From: Mobula hypostoma
Taxonomy: Eukaryota
DNA: 64,000 nt
NCBI RefSeq assembly: GCF_963921235.1
Contig: NC_086107.1
Coordinates: 107,386,001 to 107,450,000 of the forward strand
Reading direction: 5' to 3'
How positions within the stretch are numbered: position 1 is the stretch's first letter; the number at the start of each line of letters is the position of its first letter. The position numbers and the translations under genes are program-made. A model generated the notes under the pieces. It saw only the letters and a program-made list of their open reading frames with translations, ran no database searches and was not told the DNA's origin. Positions 23,147 through 35,223 of this stretch are shown here, one piece after another.

Positions 23147-23732
23147 TATATGTGACAAATAAAGCTAATTTTTCTTTAAGTAAAAAAGGAAATTTTGAGC
23201 ATCTATAGAAAGCAAAGAAGAATTAACATTTCAGGTTCAGAGCTCTGGGAAAGAGAGATGAGAAATAGATTTCTTTACTCAGAGCCTGGTGAAATCATGG
23301 AACTGGCTCTCACCGAGCATAGCAGAGAGGTATTGAAGGGGAAAATAGGGGCTGATGATGAAAAGCTAAAATAAAAGCCAAAGATAGTAGTGAAATACTC
23401 AGCAGATCAGGCAATACATGTGGGGAGAGAGAAACCCTGAGCCTTTCATCAGAACTGGGAATAGAATCAAAATCAGGTCGACCATCACTGACGTATGTCA
23501 TGAAAGTTGTTGCCTTGTGACAGCAGTACCAAGACACAAAAATTTATAAAATTAATTAAGTAAAAATATAAATACATAGAGCAAAAGAGGAATAATGAGG
23601 ACTTATGCTTATGGGCCATTCAGAAATTTGATGGCAGAGGGGAAGAAGCTCTTTCTAAAATGCTGAGAGTGGATCTTCAAGCTCCTATACTTCCTCCCCA
23701 GTGGTAGCAATGAGAAGGGGATAAGTCCAAAT

Positions 23733-24545
23733 AGTCACAGTCATAGTCATAGTCATACTTTATTAATCCCGGGGGAAATTGGTTTTCATTACAGTTGCTC
23801 CATAAATAATAAATAGCAATAGAACCATAAATAGTTAAATAGTAACATGTAAATTATGCCAGTAAATTATGAAATAAGTCCAGGACCAGCCTATTGGCTC
23901 AGGGTGTCTGACCCTCCAAGGGAGGAGTTGTAAAGTTTGATGGCCACAGGCAGGAATGACTTTCTATGACGCTCTGTGCTGCATCTCGGTGGAATGAGTC
24001 TCTGGCTGAATGTACTCCTGTGCCCAACCAGTACATTATGTAGTGGATGGGAGACACTGACCAAGATGGCATGCAACTTAGACAGCATCCTCTTTTCAGA
24101 CACCACCGTGAGAGAGTCCAGTTCCATCCCCACAACATCACTGGCCTTACGAATGAGTTTGTTGATTCTGTTGGTGTCTGCCACCCTCAGCCTGCTGCCC
24201 CAGCACACAACAGCAAACATGATAGCACTGGCCACCACAGACTCGTAGAACATCCTCAGCATTGTCCGGCAGATGTTAAAGGACCTCAGTCTCCTCAGGA
24301 AATAGAGACAGCTCTGACCCTTCTTGTAGACAGCCTCAGTGTTCTTTGACCAGTCCAGTTTATTGTCAATTCGTATCCCCTGGTATTTGTAATCCTCCAC
24401 CATGTCCACACTGACCCCCTGGATGGAAACAGGGGTCACCGGTACCTTAGCTCTCCTCAGGTCTACCACCAGCTCTTTAGTTTTTTTGACATTAAGCTGC
24501 AGATAATTCTGCTCACACCATGTGACAGAGTTTCCTACCGTAGCC
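23733..24545 (-). mobile_element. Rex1/Babar LINE 3' fragment, nearly identical to 16355-17155
   Basis: ORF 23891..24469 almost identical to ORF 16500..17186; same (tatgac)n tail. Confidence 0.92.
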
Positions 24546-24559
24546 TATGACTATGACTG

Positions 24560-25495
24560 TTACAGCCGTTCCGACTAGTTTTCTCACTTTTTTAACTTAC
24601 GTTATTTGTTGTATTTTTTTTCATGGTAACACGTTGAAGCTGCACCCTCTCTAACATGCTGGTGGAGAGAGTTTTATTTGGGTTTTTAGCACTGGAAATA
24701 GTTACATTCGGACACGTCTCATTAGTGAGGCAGCAGTATGGTCGCATTGTTTATTCCAGGGACCAGCTGATTGCGCTTATGCCGGCCGGTTTAGCGAGCA
24801 GAGCGGCGGACACCCCCATTGAAATCTGGAGGAAAACACACAGAGGATGCAGAGGAGGAACAAAAAGGTGAGGAAAGAGGACCGGGTCGAGACAACAGAG
24901 ACTTATGGAGAAGAGGAGTTCAGTGGGTAATAAAATGGACGAGTTGACGACTCTAGCCAGGAGTCAGAGAACATTTCGGGAGAGCGGTGTGATATGTTTT
25001 ACTGAAACGGGGCTGCATGAGGACATACCCGACCAAAACTTTTCCATGGAGGGCTTCCAGACCGTTCGGGCTGACCAGAAGTGCACCGAGAATGGTAAGC
25101 GTAAAGGAGTTGGGGGCTTGCTGTTCTGGTTAACAACGGATGGTGCAATCCTGGTCATATTACGATCGAGGAACGTGTTTGTAGCCCGGATATTGAACTT
25201 TTTGCTGTTGGACTCCGGCCATATTCCACCGAGATGCAACACTGGGTGTCACGGGAGGTTGTTCCTGCCTGTGGCCATCGAACTTTGCAGCTCCTCCTGT
25301 GGAGGGTCAGACACCCTGAGCCAATAGGCTGGTCCTGGACTTATTTCCATCTGGCATAGTTTGCATATTGTTGTTTGATTGTTTGTGGTTTTTGTATTGC
25401 TATATTTATGCACCATTCTTGGTTGGTGCAGCTGTAACGAAACCCAATTTCCCTCGGGATCAATAAAGTATATCTATCTATCTATCTATCTATCT
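24560..25495 (+). mobile_element. Internally deleted Rex1/Babar element (N-terminus and start of APE fused to the extreme 3' end)
   Basis: YSRDQLIAL..RGCRGG; NKMDEL..ICFTET.L..IPD..EGF..RAD (APE start); junction at ~25222 to IPPRC..FLPVAI..GGSDTLSQ; (tatc)n tail. Confidence 0.85.
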
Positions 25496-25676
25496 TGGCA
25501 CCACTGTGTCAGGGTGTCAACCTCTCCTCTGTAGGCCGTCACGTCAGGCAGTGATGCAACCAGTCAGAATGCTCTCAATGGTACATCTGTGGACATTTGT
25601 TAATGTCTTTGGTGGCGTACCAAATCTCCTCAAGCTCCTAATGAAGTATAGCCACTGGTGTGATAAATTAAAATTA

Positions 25677-26146
25677 GTTGTTGTTCAGTCGTTAAGTCAA
25701 GTCCGACTCTTCGTGGCCTCATGGACTCCTGCACACCAAGCCTTCTCGTTGGAAACTGCCTCTCTAAGATCCCCCAAGGTCATACACATTGTCTGAGTAA
25801 TAATATCTATCCATCATGGCCTCTGTCATCCTCTCCTTCTTCTACCTTCTGTTTTACCTAACGTGAGCGTCTTCTCCAAGGAATCCTGTCTTCTCACGAT
25901 GTGGCCAAAACACTTGAGCTTTTGTCTCATAATCAAGCCTCCTAGTGAGCAGTCTGGCTATATTTCTTCAAGTACTGACTTGTTGGATCTTCTTGCTGTC
26001 CAGCAAACTCTTAACACTTTTCTCCAGCATCCAAGTTCAAAGGGGTCGATTCTTTTGTATTCAGCCTTTCTAATAGTCCAGCTCTCACGGCCATAAATCA
26101 CAACTGGAAATACCAAAGACTTGACTGTACGGATCTTCATCGACAA
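25677..26146 (-). mobile_element. RTE-BovB-like LINE 3' fragment
   Basis: KIRTVKSLVFPVVIYGRESWTIRKAEYKRIDPFELGCWRKVLRVCWTARRSNKSVLEEI..FGHIVRRQDSLEKTL; tail aagagtcggacttgacttaacgactgaacaacaac. Confidence 0.85.
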
Positions 26147-26787
26147 CGTTATATTAAAATAGAAGTTGAAAAAAAAGTTGAAGAGAAAGGGAAGGAATAG
26201 TTAGAACAAAGGGAATATCTACCATAGGATGCAGATAGGAGAAAATGAATGTCACGAGAGCTGGTGCTGCTGGCTGAGAGAGGGTGGTGAACACTTGTCA
26301 ATTGCACCTGACTTTTCTGGAGGAGGTGTGGACAGCAGAAGATGAAAACTGAAGGGGAGAGAGAACAATTGGGGCTGCATGGTTTCCTCAAACTCCACCC
26401 TTTCAGTACCAGTGACCAGGGTTAATTTCCCGCTGCTGCCTGCAAGGGGCTTGTATGTTCTCCCCGTGACCATGTGGGTTTCCTGCGAATGCTCCGGTTT
26501 CCTCCCACAGTCCAAAGACGTACTGGCTGGTAGGTTAATTGGTCCTTGTAAATTGTCCCGTGATTTGGCTAGGGTTAAAAAACGAGGATATCTAAATAGT
26601 CCGGCTTGAAGAGCCAGAAGGACGTATTCTGTGCTGTATCTCATTAAGTAATAAATAAGTAATTAAAACAAGGCTGGAACAGTCTGATACAAACTAGAGA
26701 AGCAAAACACTGCAGAAGCTGAAAATCTGAAGTAAAATCAGAGAATGTTGGGATTCCAGAACTGTTGAGCATATGCAAAATTGCTGC

Positions 26788-27036
26788 TGTTGTGTACTTA
26801 ACATTCAGCAATATTTGAGTAATCTTCTATATATATTGGTAGATTAAACATTCTTGTTCGATTACATAATTCATTATGCATTGAATGTAAAAGTACGTGA
26901 ATTGCATACGGCATCACACTACCGCGTGATATGTGCACACCTTGCTTAAAGTAAACACGAACTATGACTCACATTCTCAGGGTTCTTGTCTTTTTATTCA
27001 AATTAGTTTAATGTTTTGGCATTACAAAGCATAACA
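26788..27036. mobile_element. Probable solo LTR
   Basis: TG...CA ends with short inverted termini TGTTGTG/CATAACA; 5-bp flanks GCTGC/GCAGC. Confidence 0.55.
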
Positions 27037-28768
27037 GCAGCAGTACAGGGAGATAAGGAGAGGGGCAATTGGACAAATAGGATAGCTCCCCAGGGACCAG
27101 CATGGACTTGATGGGCCAAGTGACCTCCTGTTGTCTCATTACAAGTATTAATTAAGAATTGTCGGCACAATCTGTGTAGCGGCAAACCAAAATCATGTTT
27201 CAGCATGAAGACCTTTTATCTGAATCGACTAATTCTGATACAAACAAGAAAGGCTATGACTTATTCTCATTGCTGCCATCAGGTAGGAGGTACAGAAGCC
27301 TGAAGACTCATACTCAGCGATTCAGGAACAGCTTCTCCCCCTCTGCTATCTTATGTCTGAATGGACATTGAACACGCAAACACTACCTCACTACTTTTTT
27401 TTAAAATTTCTATTTTTGCACAACTTATTTAATTTAACTATTATATTTATATATTTGCTTAGTGTAATTCACCGGGTTTTTTCTATTATCATGTATTGCT
27501 GCCTCAAATTTAACAAATTTCACGACATATGCCAGCGATATTAAACCTGATTCTGATTCTGAAAGCTGACTGTCTGAAACTGTTGAATTCACCTTAAGTC
27601 ACAGAGCAATACTATCAGGAAATGTAGCGGAGGCTTGACTGAAACGCAGAGTACGGAGACGATTTAACAGTGAGCGTTAACTTTAATAATAAACTACAAA
27701 ATAACAAGCCACAAGGGACCACAAAATGAGAGAACAAATACTTAGTATGACAAGGCAACAGGGTAACTGAAGGCTAGGGACAACTGGTTGAGGCTGGCTG
27801 TTTCATATGAGTGAATGAGGATTGCGGATGTGAGCTGGGTTTAAATAGGCTGCAGGTATAAGATGGAAATGAGTGACAGGTGAATCCTGCAAATACAGGG
27901 CCTTCAACCCAACCAGATCATGCGAACTCAACTATTGTCACTTTCCTGCGTTCAGCCCATATCTATCGCTCCAGATCCCAATCCATCATGTAGGAGGGGT
28001 CTGGCCCAAAATACAGACTGTTTATTTTTCATTTCCAAAGATGCTGCCTGACTTGCTGAGTTTCTCCAGCACTTTGAGTGTGTCGCTCTGGATCTAAAGC
28101 AAGTGCTTCTTAAATAACACCTGTCTCAACCACTTCCTGTGGCAGCTTGTTCCATATACTCACCATAGACAAAGGTATGGTAAATATCTTTCACTAGCCT
28201 GTCTACCAGTGATGCTGTTTCAATGAAGTATGCACTTGTGCTCCTAGGTCCCTCTGTTCCGATGCATTCCCTAGTGCCCTACCATCATGTATGCTACAAT
28301 TCCTACACTGGTTTGACTTTCCAAAATTCATCACCTCACACTTACCTGTATTGAAATCCATTTTCCACTCCCCGAACTATTCCCTTGATCTAGATCCCCT
28401 GTGATCTACAACAACCTTTTTCACAATCAACAACATCTCCTTGAATGCATCTAGTTGGGAATTGAGTTTGCTGTTACTCAAGCTAACAGTGGCCATTGCT
28501 GTGACAGTGTGGGGCGTCAAAGACAGTGAAGTCCAGGTGGGTTTGTGCCCGAGTCTGAGTCCCAGTTTGCTGGAGGCTGGAGCCCGAAGAAGAAGTCTTG
28601 GGGGTTAGAGGACTCTATATATGTGAGGGTGAGGGCAGGAACAGGGCTTATTGAGTTCTGTATTGATCTGTCGAACATTGTGGGCACGATATGTTGTCAT
28701 GTGTAGCAACACTTACAGGGTGCTCACAGCACAGGTGTGTTCAAGTTGAAGTTTATTGTCATCTGACT

Positions 28769-29197
28769 AGGTTGAACAAGTTGGGTCTTTATTCTTTGGA
28801 GCGTAGAAAGTTGAGGGGGGACTTGATAGAGGTATTTAAAATTATGAGGGGGATTGATAGAGTTGACGTGGATAGGCTTTTTCCATTGAGAGTGGGGGAG
28901 ATTCAAACAAGAGGACATGAGTTGAGAGTTAAAGGGCAAAAGTTTAGGGGTAACATGAGGGGGAACTTCTTTACTCAGAGAGTGGTAGCTGTGTGGAACG
29001 AGCTTCCAGCAGAAGTGGTTGAGGCAGGTTCGATGTTGTCGTTTAAAGTTAAATTGGATAGCTATATGGACAGGAAAGGAATGGAGGGTTGTGGGCTGAG
29101 TGCAGGTTGGTGGGACTAGGTGAGAGTAAGAGTTCGGCATGGACTAGAAGGGCTGAGATGGTCTGATTCCGTGCTGTAATTGTTATATGGTTATATG
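28769..29197 (+). mobile_element. CR1-type LINE 3' fragment with TSD
   Basis: LGLYSLERRKLRGDLIEVFKIMRG..TRGHEL..NFFTQRVVAVWNELP; flanks tgtcatctgact/tgtcatatgact. Confidence 0.88.
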
Positions 29198-29489
29198 TCA
29201 TATGACTGTACATATTTACAACGAAACAAAACAATGCATCTCTGGACCACTGTGCACCCACACAACACACAAACCAAAAATATTATACTAAAAGTTCATA
29301 AAATATAATTCCAAATGCATGTGGTAAAACACAACACAATAGTAAACAGTGTTGCTTTTTAACACAAATTATGCATTTCACTCTATGTGATATATAAACT
29401 TTAATCTTGGATTTTGATGGGCAACTGGAGGAGTGGGGTCCTTCTAGCAGACTCACTAGATATTTATGGTGAAGCCCCTATATGAATCA

Positions 29490-29932
29490 TAAGGATGATT
29501 CTGGGAATGAAAGGGTTATCATATGAGGAACATTTGATGGCTCTGGGTTTGTACTCGCTAGAATTTAGAAGGATGAAGGGGGGGATCTTATTGAAACCTT
29601 TTGAATATTGAAAAGCCTAGACAGAGATGTAGAATGGATATTTCCCATGGTGTAGGAGTCTGGGACAAGTGGGTACTGTCTTAGGATAGAGGGGCATCCA
29701 TTTAAAACAGAGACGCGGAGAAATTTCTTTAGCCGGAGGGTGGTGGATTTGTGGAGGCCAGGTCATTGGGTGTATTTAAGGCAGAGATTGATAGGTTTTT
29801 GATTGGACACGGCATCAAAGGTGACAGGGAGAAGGCCGGGGAAGAGGGGGAAGAAAGATCAGCCTTGATTGAATAGCGGAGCAGACTTGATGAGCCAAAT
29901 GGCCTAATTCTGCTCCTATATCTTATGGTCTA
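29490..29932 (+). mobile_element. CR1-type LINE 3' fragment (others at ~28110-28440-, 33975-34715+, 36445-36655+, 39700-40300+, 55210-55625+, 58660-59370-)
   Basis: Degenerate GLSYEE..LEFRR..DLIET coding and ggcctaattctgctcct tail. Confidence 0.8.
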
Positions 29933-30194
29933 ATAAATGAATCCCAGGGCTGCATGCGGTGACATATATGTACTCTGATAATAAAATTTACTTTGAACTT
30001 TTAATTTACAGTGGGGAAACATGTTTTAGTACTGTGCCAAAGGAAACACACAGCACAACACAGGTAGCACAGTGGCGTAGCTAGAAGAGCTGTTGGCTCA
30101 CAGCTCTGATGTCACAAGTTTGATCTTGAACTCTTAGTTTCTGTGCTGAGTTTGCATGTTCTCCCTGTGACTGCATGGGTCCCTCCTCCCCTCC

Positions 30195-30950
30195 AGGAAG
30201 GAGATGGCACTAGCAAAGAACACTACCATGGGTGACTTACTCCAGATGTCAATGAAACTCATTCCTTCATGTCTTTTATATCTTCTTTTGTCTTTGAACT
30301 GTGTTCTGGTACTGTTGGAGCTTGTGATCTACAGTTTAAGTGTGTGCTATTGAGCTCATTGAGTGATCTGGTGCTTTGCTGTCTCTGAGAAGGTTCCGGA
30401 AGACAGACGACCTTGAGACCAGGAAGCTTAGAAACTTGGATCCATGAGGGACGAGTCTAAGTTCGGCTCTGTTTCTCACCAATTTCACCGATCAATGTGT
30501 CAAGGCAGATTGAGACATTGTGGAAGACGAGCAGCTGTCCAGCACCATCTACCAGCCTCTCACATCTGCTGCCAGAGGAAGGCGACTGCCTGTGACGGTC
30601 TCTCACTGCTCCCGAGGGAAAGCTCCTGCTTTCCAATGGTCACTCTTTCCCTCGATGCTTTTGGGTCACGGTACAAAAGTTCTGGGTCTGCAGATTGTGG
30701 ATTGGACTAATGAACACTGAGCTCCACCGAATATGAACTCTTTCGATTTTGTGTTTTATTTTCCGTGGTTTTGCTCATTCTTTCTTGTTGCTGTTTGCGC
30801 AATTTGTTTTTTTTTGTGTGTGGAGGTTGATGTTTTCTTGTTGAACAGGCTCCAAGGTTTTCTTTGTTTCGTGACTGTCTGTGGAGAAGACGAATCTTAG
30901 GATTGTATACTGTATATATATTTTGATAATAAATGTACTCAAATCTATTT
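30195..30950 (+). mobile_element. Non-coding retroposed element with LINE-type 3' tail, inserted in a V-SINE
   Basis: V-SINE halves on both sides; ends in the high-copy tail gaatct.agg.ttgtata..ttgataataaat. Confidence 0.5.
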
Positions 30951-33900
30951 TCGTACATCATCCCGAAGATGTACAGGTTGGTAAGTTAAGTGGTCACTGT
31001 AAATTGCACCTAGTGTGTGGGCAAGTAGCAGAATATGGAGAAATAATGGGACTATGAGGAAAATAGGTTATAGGAAAAATTAGTGTAAGAATGCAATTGT
31101 TCTATTAGCCAGCACAGACTCAATGGGCTGAATGGTCTCCTTGTAGGCTGTCCCAGTGCAAACCTTGCTGATGTGATTTAATACAAATGACACAGTTCAC
31201 TGTGTGTTTCGATGTACATGTGACAACTAATCTTTGGGGTGGCACAATAGCGTAGTGGTTATAACCCTATTTCAATGCTGCCAGTCACCAATCGGGATTC
31301 AATTCCCACCACCACCTGTTAGGTGTTTGCCCATTGTCCCCATTTCCTCCGTGTGTTCCGTTTTCGTCTCACACTACCTGACTTCCCTATGCTGCTGGCA
31401 TAACGGACAGTAATGTCTGTACAGAAGGATTCTTCATTGCTGTTTCCATAACATTTGATTTTTTTTTACCAGTCAGAGTTGTTAGCCCTGAGCTGAACCC
31501 CTGAACCAGGAGGACCGGTGGACCAGTCTTAGCTTGGCCTCTACCCTTTGACCTGCTTGGCATGAGTGACCCTACCAAGAGCCAAAGCACAAGGCCCTGA
31601 CTCCAGCCAACATTGCTCTCTTGGTCTTTGAGGCACAGACGCCTCCAAATCCTATGGCAAGGTTGTAGTCCTCTTAGAGGTGTGCATCTACTCATCTCCT
31701 ATTAACCATCATCCATGCTTTTGCTACTTCTAAATAATGACTCCAGCACACTCCTTCCCTCCGTCCCTCCGTCCCTCATTCTACCCACCCCGTTCTTACC
31801 ACCATCCCAGTCTACTCCACCAAGCTCCATTAACTCACCCCCTCTGCTTACTGACCAACATCGATTCTAGCCCGAGCAAGACCTCAGTTTTCAAATTCTC
31901 TCCATTGATTTCAGATCTGGCCACTGCACTTGTGTCTCCTTTTATAAAAGTTGCTATTTATGCATTTATTCCATATCTGTACTTTAACCTCTAACTTCAT
32001 TTTTATGTAATTATTAACATGAGAAAATCTGCAAATGCTGAAAATCTAATGCAACACACAAAAGGCCTGAGGAACATTTCCCCTCCATTCTCTTCCTCTG
32101 TTCCCCACTCTGACCTTTTACTTCTTCTCTCCTGCCTATTACTCCCCACTGGGTCCCCTCCTCCTTCCTTTTCTCTAATGGTCCACTCTCCTGTCCTATC
32201 AGATTCCTTCTTCTCCAGCCCTTGACCTTTCCCACCCACCTGACTTCACCTATCACCCACTAGCGATCTTCTTTCCCTCACCCCACCTTTATATTCCGGC
32301 ATCTTTCCCCTTCCTTCTCCGTCCTGAAGAAGCATCTCGGCCTGAAATGTTGACTGTTTACAGTACTGTATTGACTTCCATTGATGCAGCCTGACCTGCT
32401 GAGTTCTGCCAGCATTTTGAGTGTGTGTGTGTGTGTGCATGTGTGTGTGTTACTTTATATAATTGTTTATTCTTTATAATTGATGAATATTGTTGCCTTT
32501 TTGTTTCAATTCACACCAACAACTCACCACAGAAAATTTCTAATACATGTAAATCTGTACAGTGAATAAAGTTGATTCTTAATCCTTGATAAACTCCTGA
32601 TTAATAACGACTTGAAATATAACTCTTGCCTGTGATAGTAATCAAATAAATTCTATCATTCCATCATTCCATCTTTGGCAGCTATGGAACTTCTGCTGAT
32701 TTGGCCCAGGAAATGCTTCCTAAATATCTCTCGATCCTTTTGTAAAACCTGTCTCATTGATGAATGATTTTGGTCACCTGCTTTATTGTCCCCTTATTGG
32801 ATTAGCTACAGCTTTTATCATCACTCCATTGGTCTCAGCTGGGATCTTTCAGTAAGTTAAAGGCACTCTTTCCATGAACGTTGTTGGTGTAAAGTTTCTT
32901 TAGTGGAACATCCCAAGGGGCACAGGAGTATTATCAATAGGAAATGAAGTAGAAGGAGAAGAAGATTAGCTTTATTTACATCGACACTGTAATGTGTCGT
33001 TAGCATCAAATCAAACCAGTGAGGAATATGCTAAGCAGCCTTCTGCTTCCAGTACCAATATAGCATGCCTAAAACTCGCTAACCCTCACAAAACCAAAGG
33101 TGACAACCTCACTCATCTTCACTTGCCTCACCATTGAAACGTTCCCACAAACTATGGACTCACTTCCAAGGACCCTTCATCTCATGTTCTCAATAGTTAT
33201 TGCTTGTTTATTTATTATTATTTTTGTTTCTTTTTTTGTATTTGCAGTTTGTTGTCGTCTGCACACTGGTTGAACCCACTAGTTGGGCGGTCTTTCATTG
33301 ATTCTGTTAGGGTTATTATTCTATAGATTTATTGAGTATGCCCACAGGAAGATGAATCTCAGGGTTGTACATGGTGACATATATGTACTTCGATAATAAA
33401 ATTTACTTTGAACTTTGAACATACTTCTTTGGAAAGTGGGAGGAAAGCAGGGCACTCAGAGGCAACCCATGTGGTCACAGGGAGAATGTACAAAGTCCTT
33501 ACAGAGAGTGACGGGAATCAAACCCTGATCTGACAGTCGACGCTGTAAAGCGATTGCATTAACTGCTGCGGTGCTCCCCATAGGAGCCACATAGGCATGA
33601 ATGACTGACAGTGTGGTAGAGTAAGTTCTAAGGATTGGGAAAGAGAATTCAAATTCAAATGCTCCCATTTAATATCAGAGAATGTATACAGTATACAACC
33701 TGAAATTCTAACTCTTCACAGAAACATCCACAAAACAAAAAACCCCAAAGAATGAAGGATCGTAACATCAAGAACCCCAAAGCCCCCCCCTTCCCCCGTC
33801 CCACGGACAATATTCCATTGTCAAGGGTTCACTCAGTTGAAGATGATGGTGCAAATGAATTCAGGGATAAGTAAGAGACTAGAATTGATGAGAGCAAATG

Positions 33901-35132
33901 TTCAAGGAAGGGTTATATAGTTGCAGGAGGTTGTAAGAGATTTGAAAAGAAAAGGGTATTTACTTAATTGGCAGGGGTATGGGGTTGAGTGGGATCTGGG
34001 TCAGCCATGATGGAATGGCAGAGCAGACTCGATGGGCTGAATGGCCTAATTCTGCTCCTATGTCTTATGGTCTTATGGTCTTAACTACTGCAATCAAGAA
34101 GAATATCAAGACAATGCTGAGGCTTTATAAGGTACCTGCTGAGACCACATTTGGAGTACTGTGAGTAGATTTGGGCCCCATATCTAAAAAAGGATGTGCT
34201 AGCATTGGAGAGGGTCCAGAGGTTTAAGAGAATGACCCCAGGGATGAAACAGTTAACTTATGAGAAGCGTTTGATGACTCTGGGCCTGTACCCTGTGGAA
34301 TTTAGAAGAATTGGCGGGGGGGGGGGTGTGGAATCTCACTGAAACTGCTGAATATCGAAAGGCCTTGCTGGACAGTATATTCCCAATAGCAAGAAAGTGG
34401 ACGACTACAGGGCACAGCCTCGGAATAAAAGGACGTCCCTTTAGAACAGAGGTGAGGAGGAATTTCTTTAGCCAGAGTGTGGTGAACCCGTGGAATTCAT
34501 TGGCACGGATGGCTGTGGAGGCCAAGTCACTGAGTTTATTTAAAGCTGAGATTGATAGGTTCTTGATTAGTAAGGACATCAAAGGCTACGTGGAGAAGGT
34601 AGGAGAAGGGGATTAAAAAGGAAAATAAATCAGCCCTGATTGTATAGCAGAGCAGACTCAATGGGCTGAATGGCCCAATTCAACTCTATGCCTTATGGTG
34701 TTATGGTTCTATGGTCAATGATTCGTCAACAATTACCAGTAAATTAGACTTGGAACACAGAACATACAGTATAAAAATACAGGACTGTACAGGCCCTCCA
34801 GCTTCAAAGACTTTATGAACAGAAGGTGCAGGAAATATGAGAACAATATCTGTAGAGTGAAGTGTCTTTCATTTAGCACCGCTCACAATATCCAGCTTAA
34901 CACTGTGCTATTAGATTAACAAACTAATCATTATTTGTTACTTTAGCATTCTTGATTCAATCAAATATCTAGCTGATAAATAGTGATTAACAAAACACTA
35001 AATACGTTCATTAAATGTGACAATTCTGAAAAGCAGCTATGAAACGCAACAAAACTTTCAAATTGGTCAATCTTTGAAGCTGACGGTTAAGAACCAGTGA
35101 CAACCCAGGAACCGAATTCACCATTTGGCTTC

Positions 35133-35223
35133 CTAGAGATGCTGCCTGGCCTGCTGCGTTCACCAGCAACTTTGATGTGTGTTGCTTGAATTTCCAGCAT
35201 CTGCAGAATTCCTGTTGTTTTTG
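35133..35223 (+). mobile_element. 91-bp Penelope tail insertion with 15-bp TSD
   Basis: TCACCATTTGGCTTC at 35118-35132 and 35224-35238. Confidence 0.85.

Noticed and set aside
27623..27900. Second solo LTR in reverse orientation
   Set aside because: LTR-like start and composition, but I could not fix the other end or a TSD
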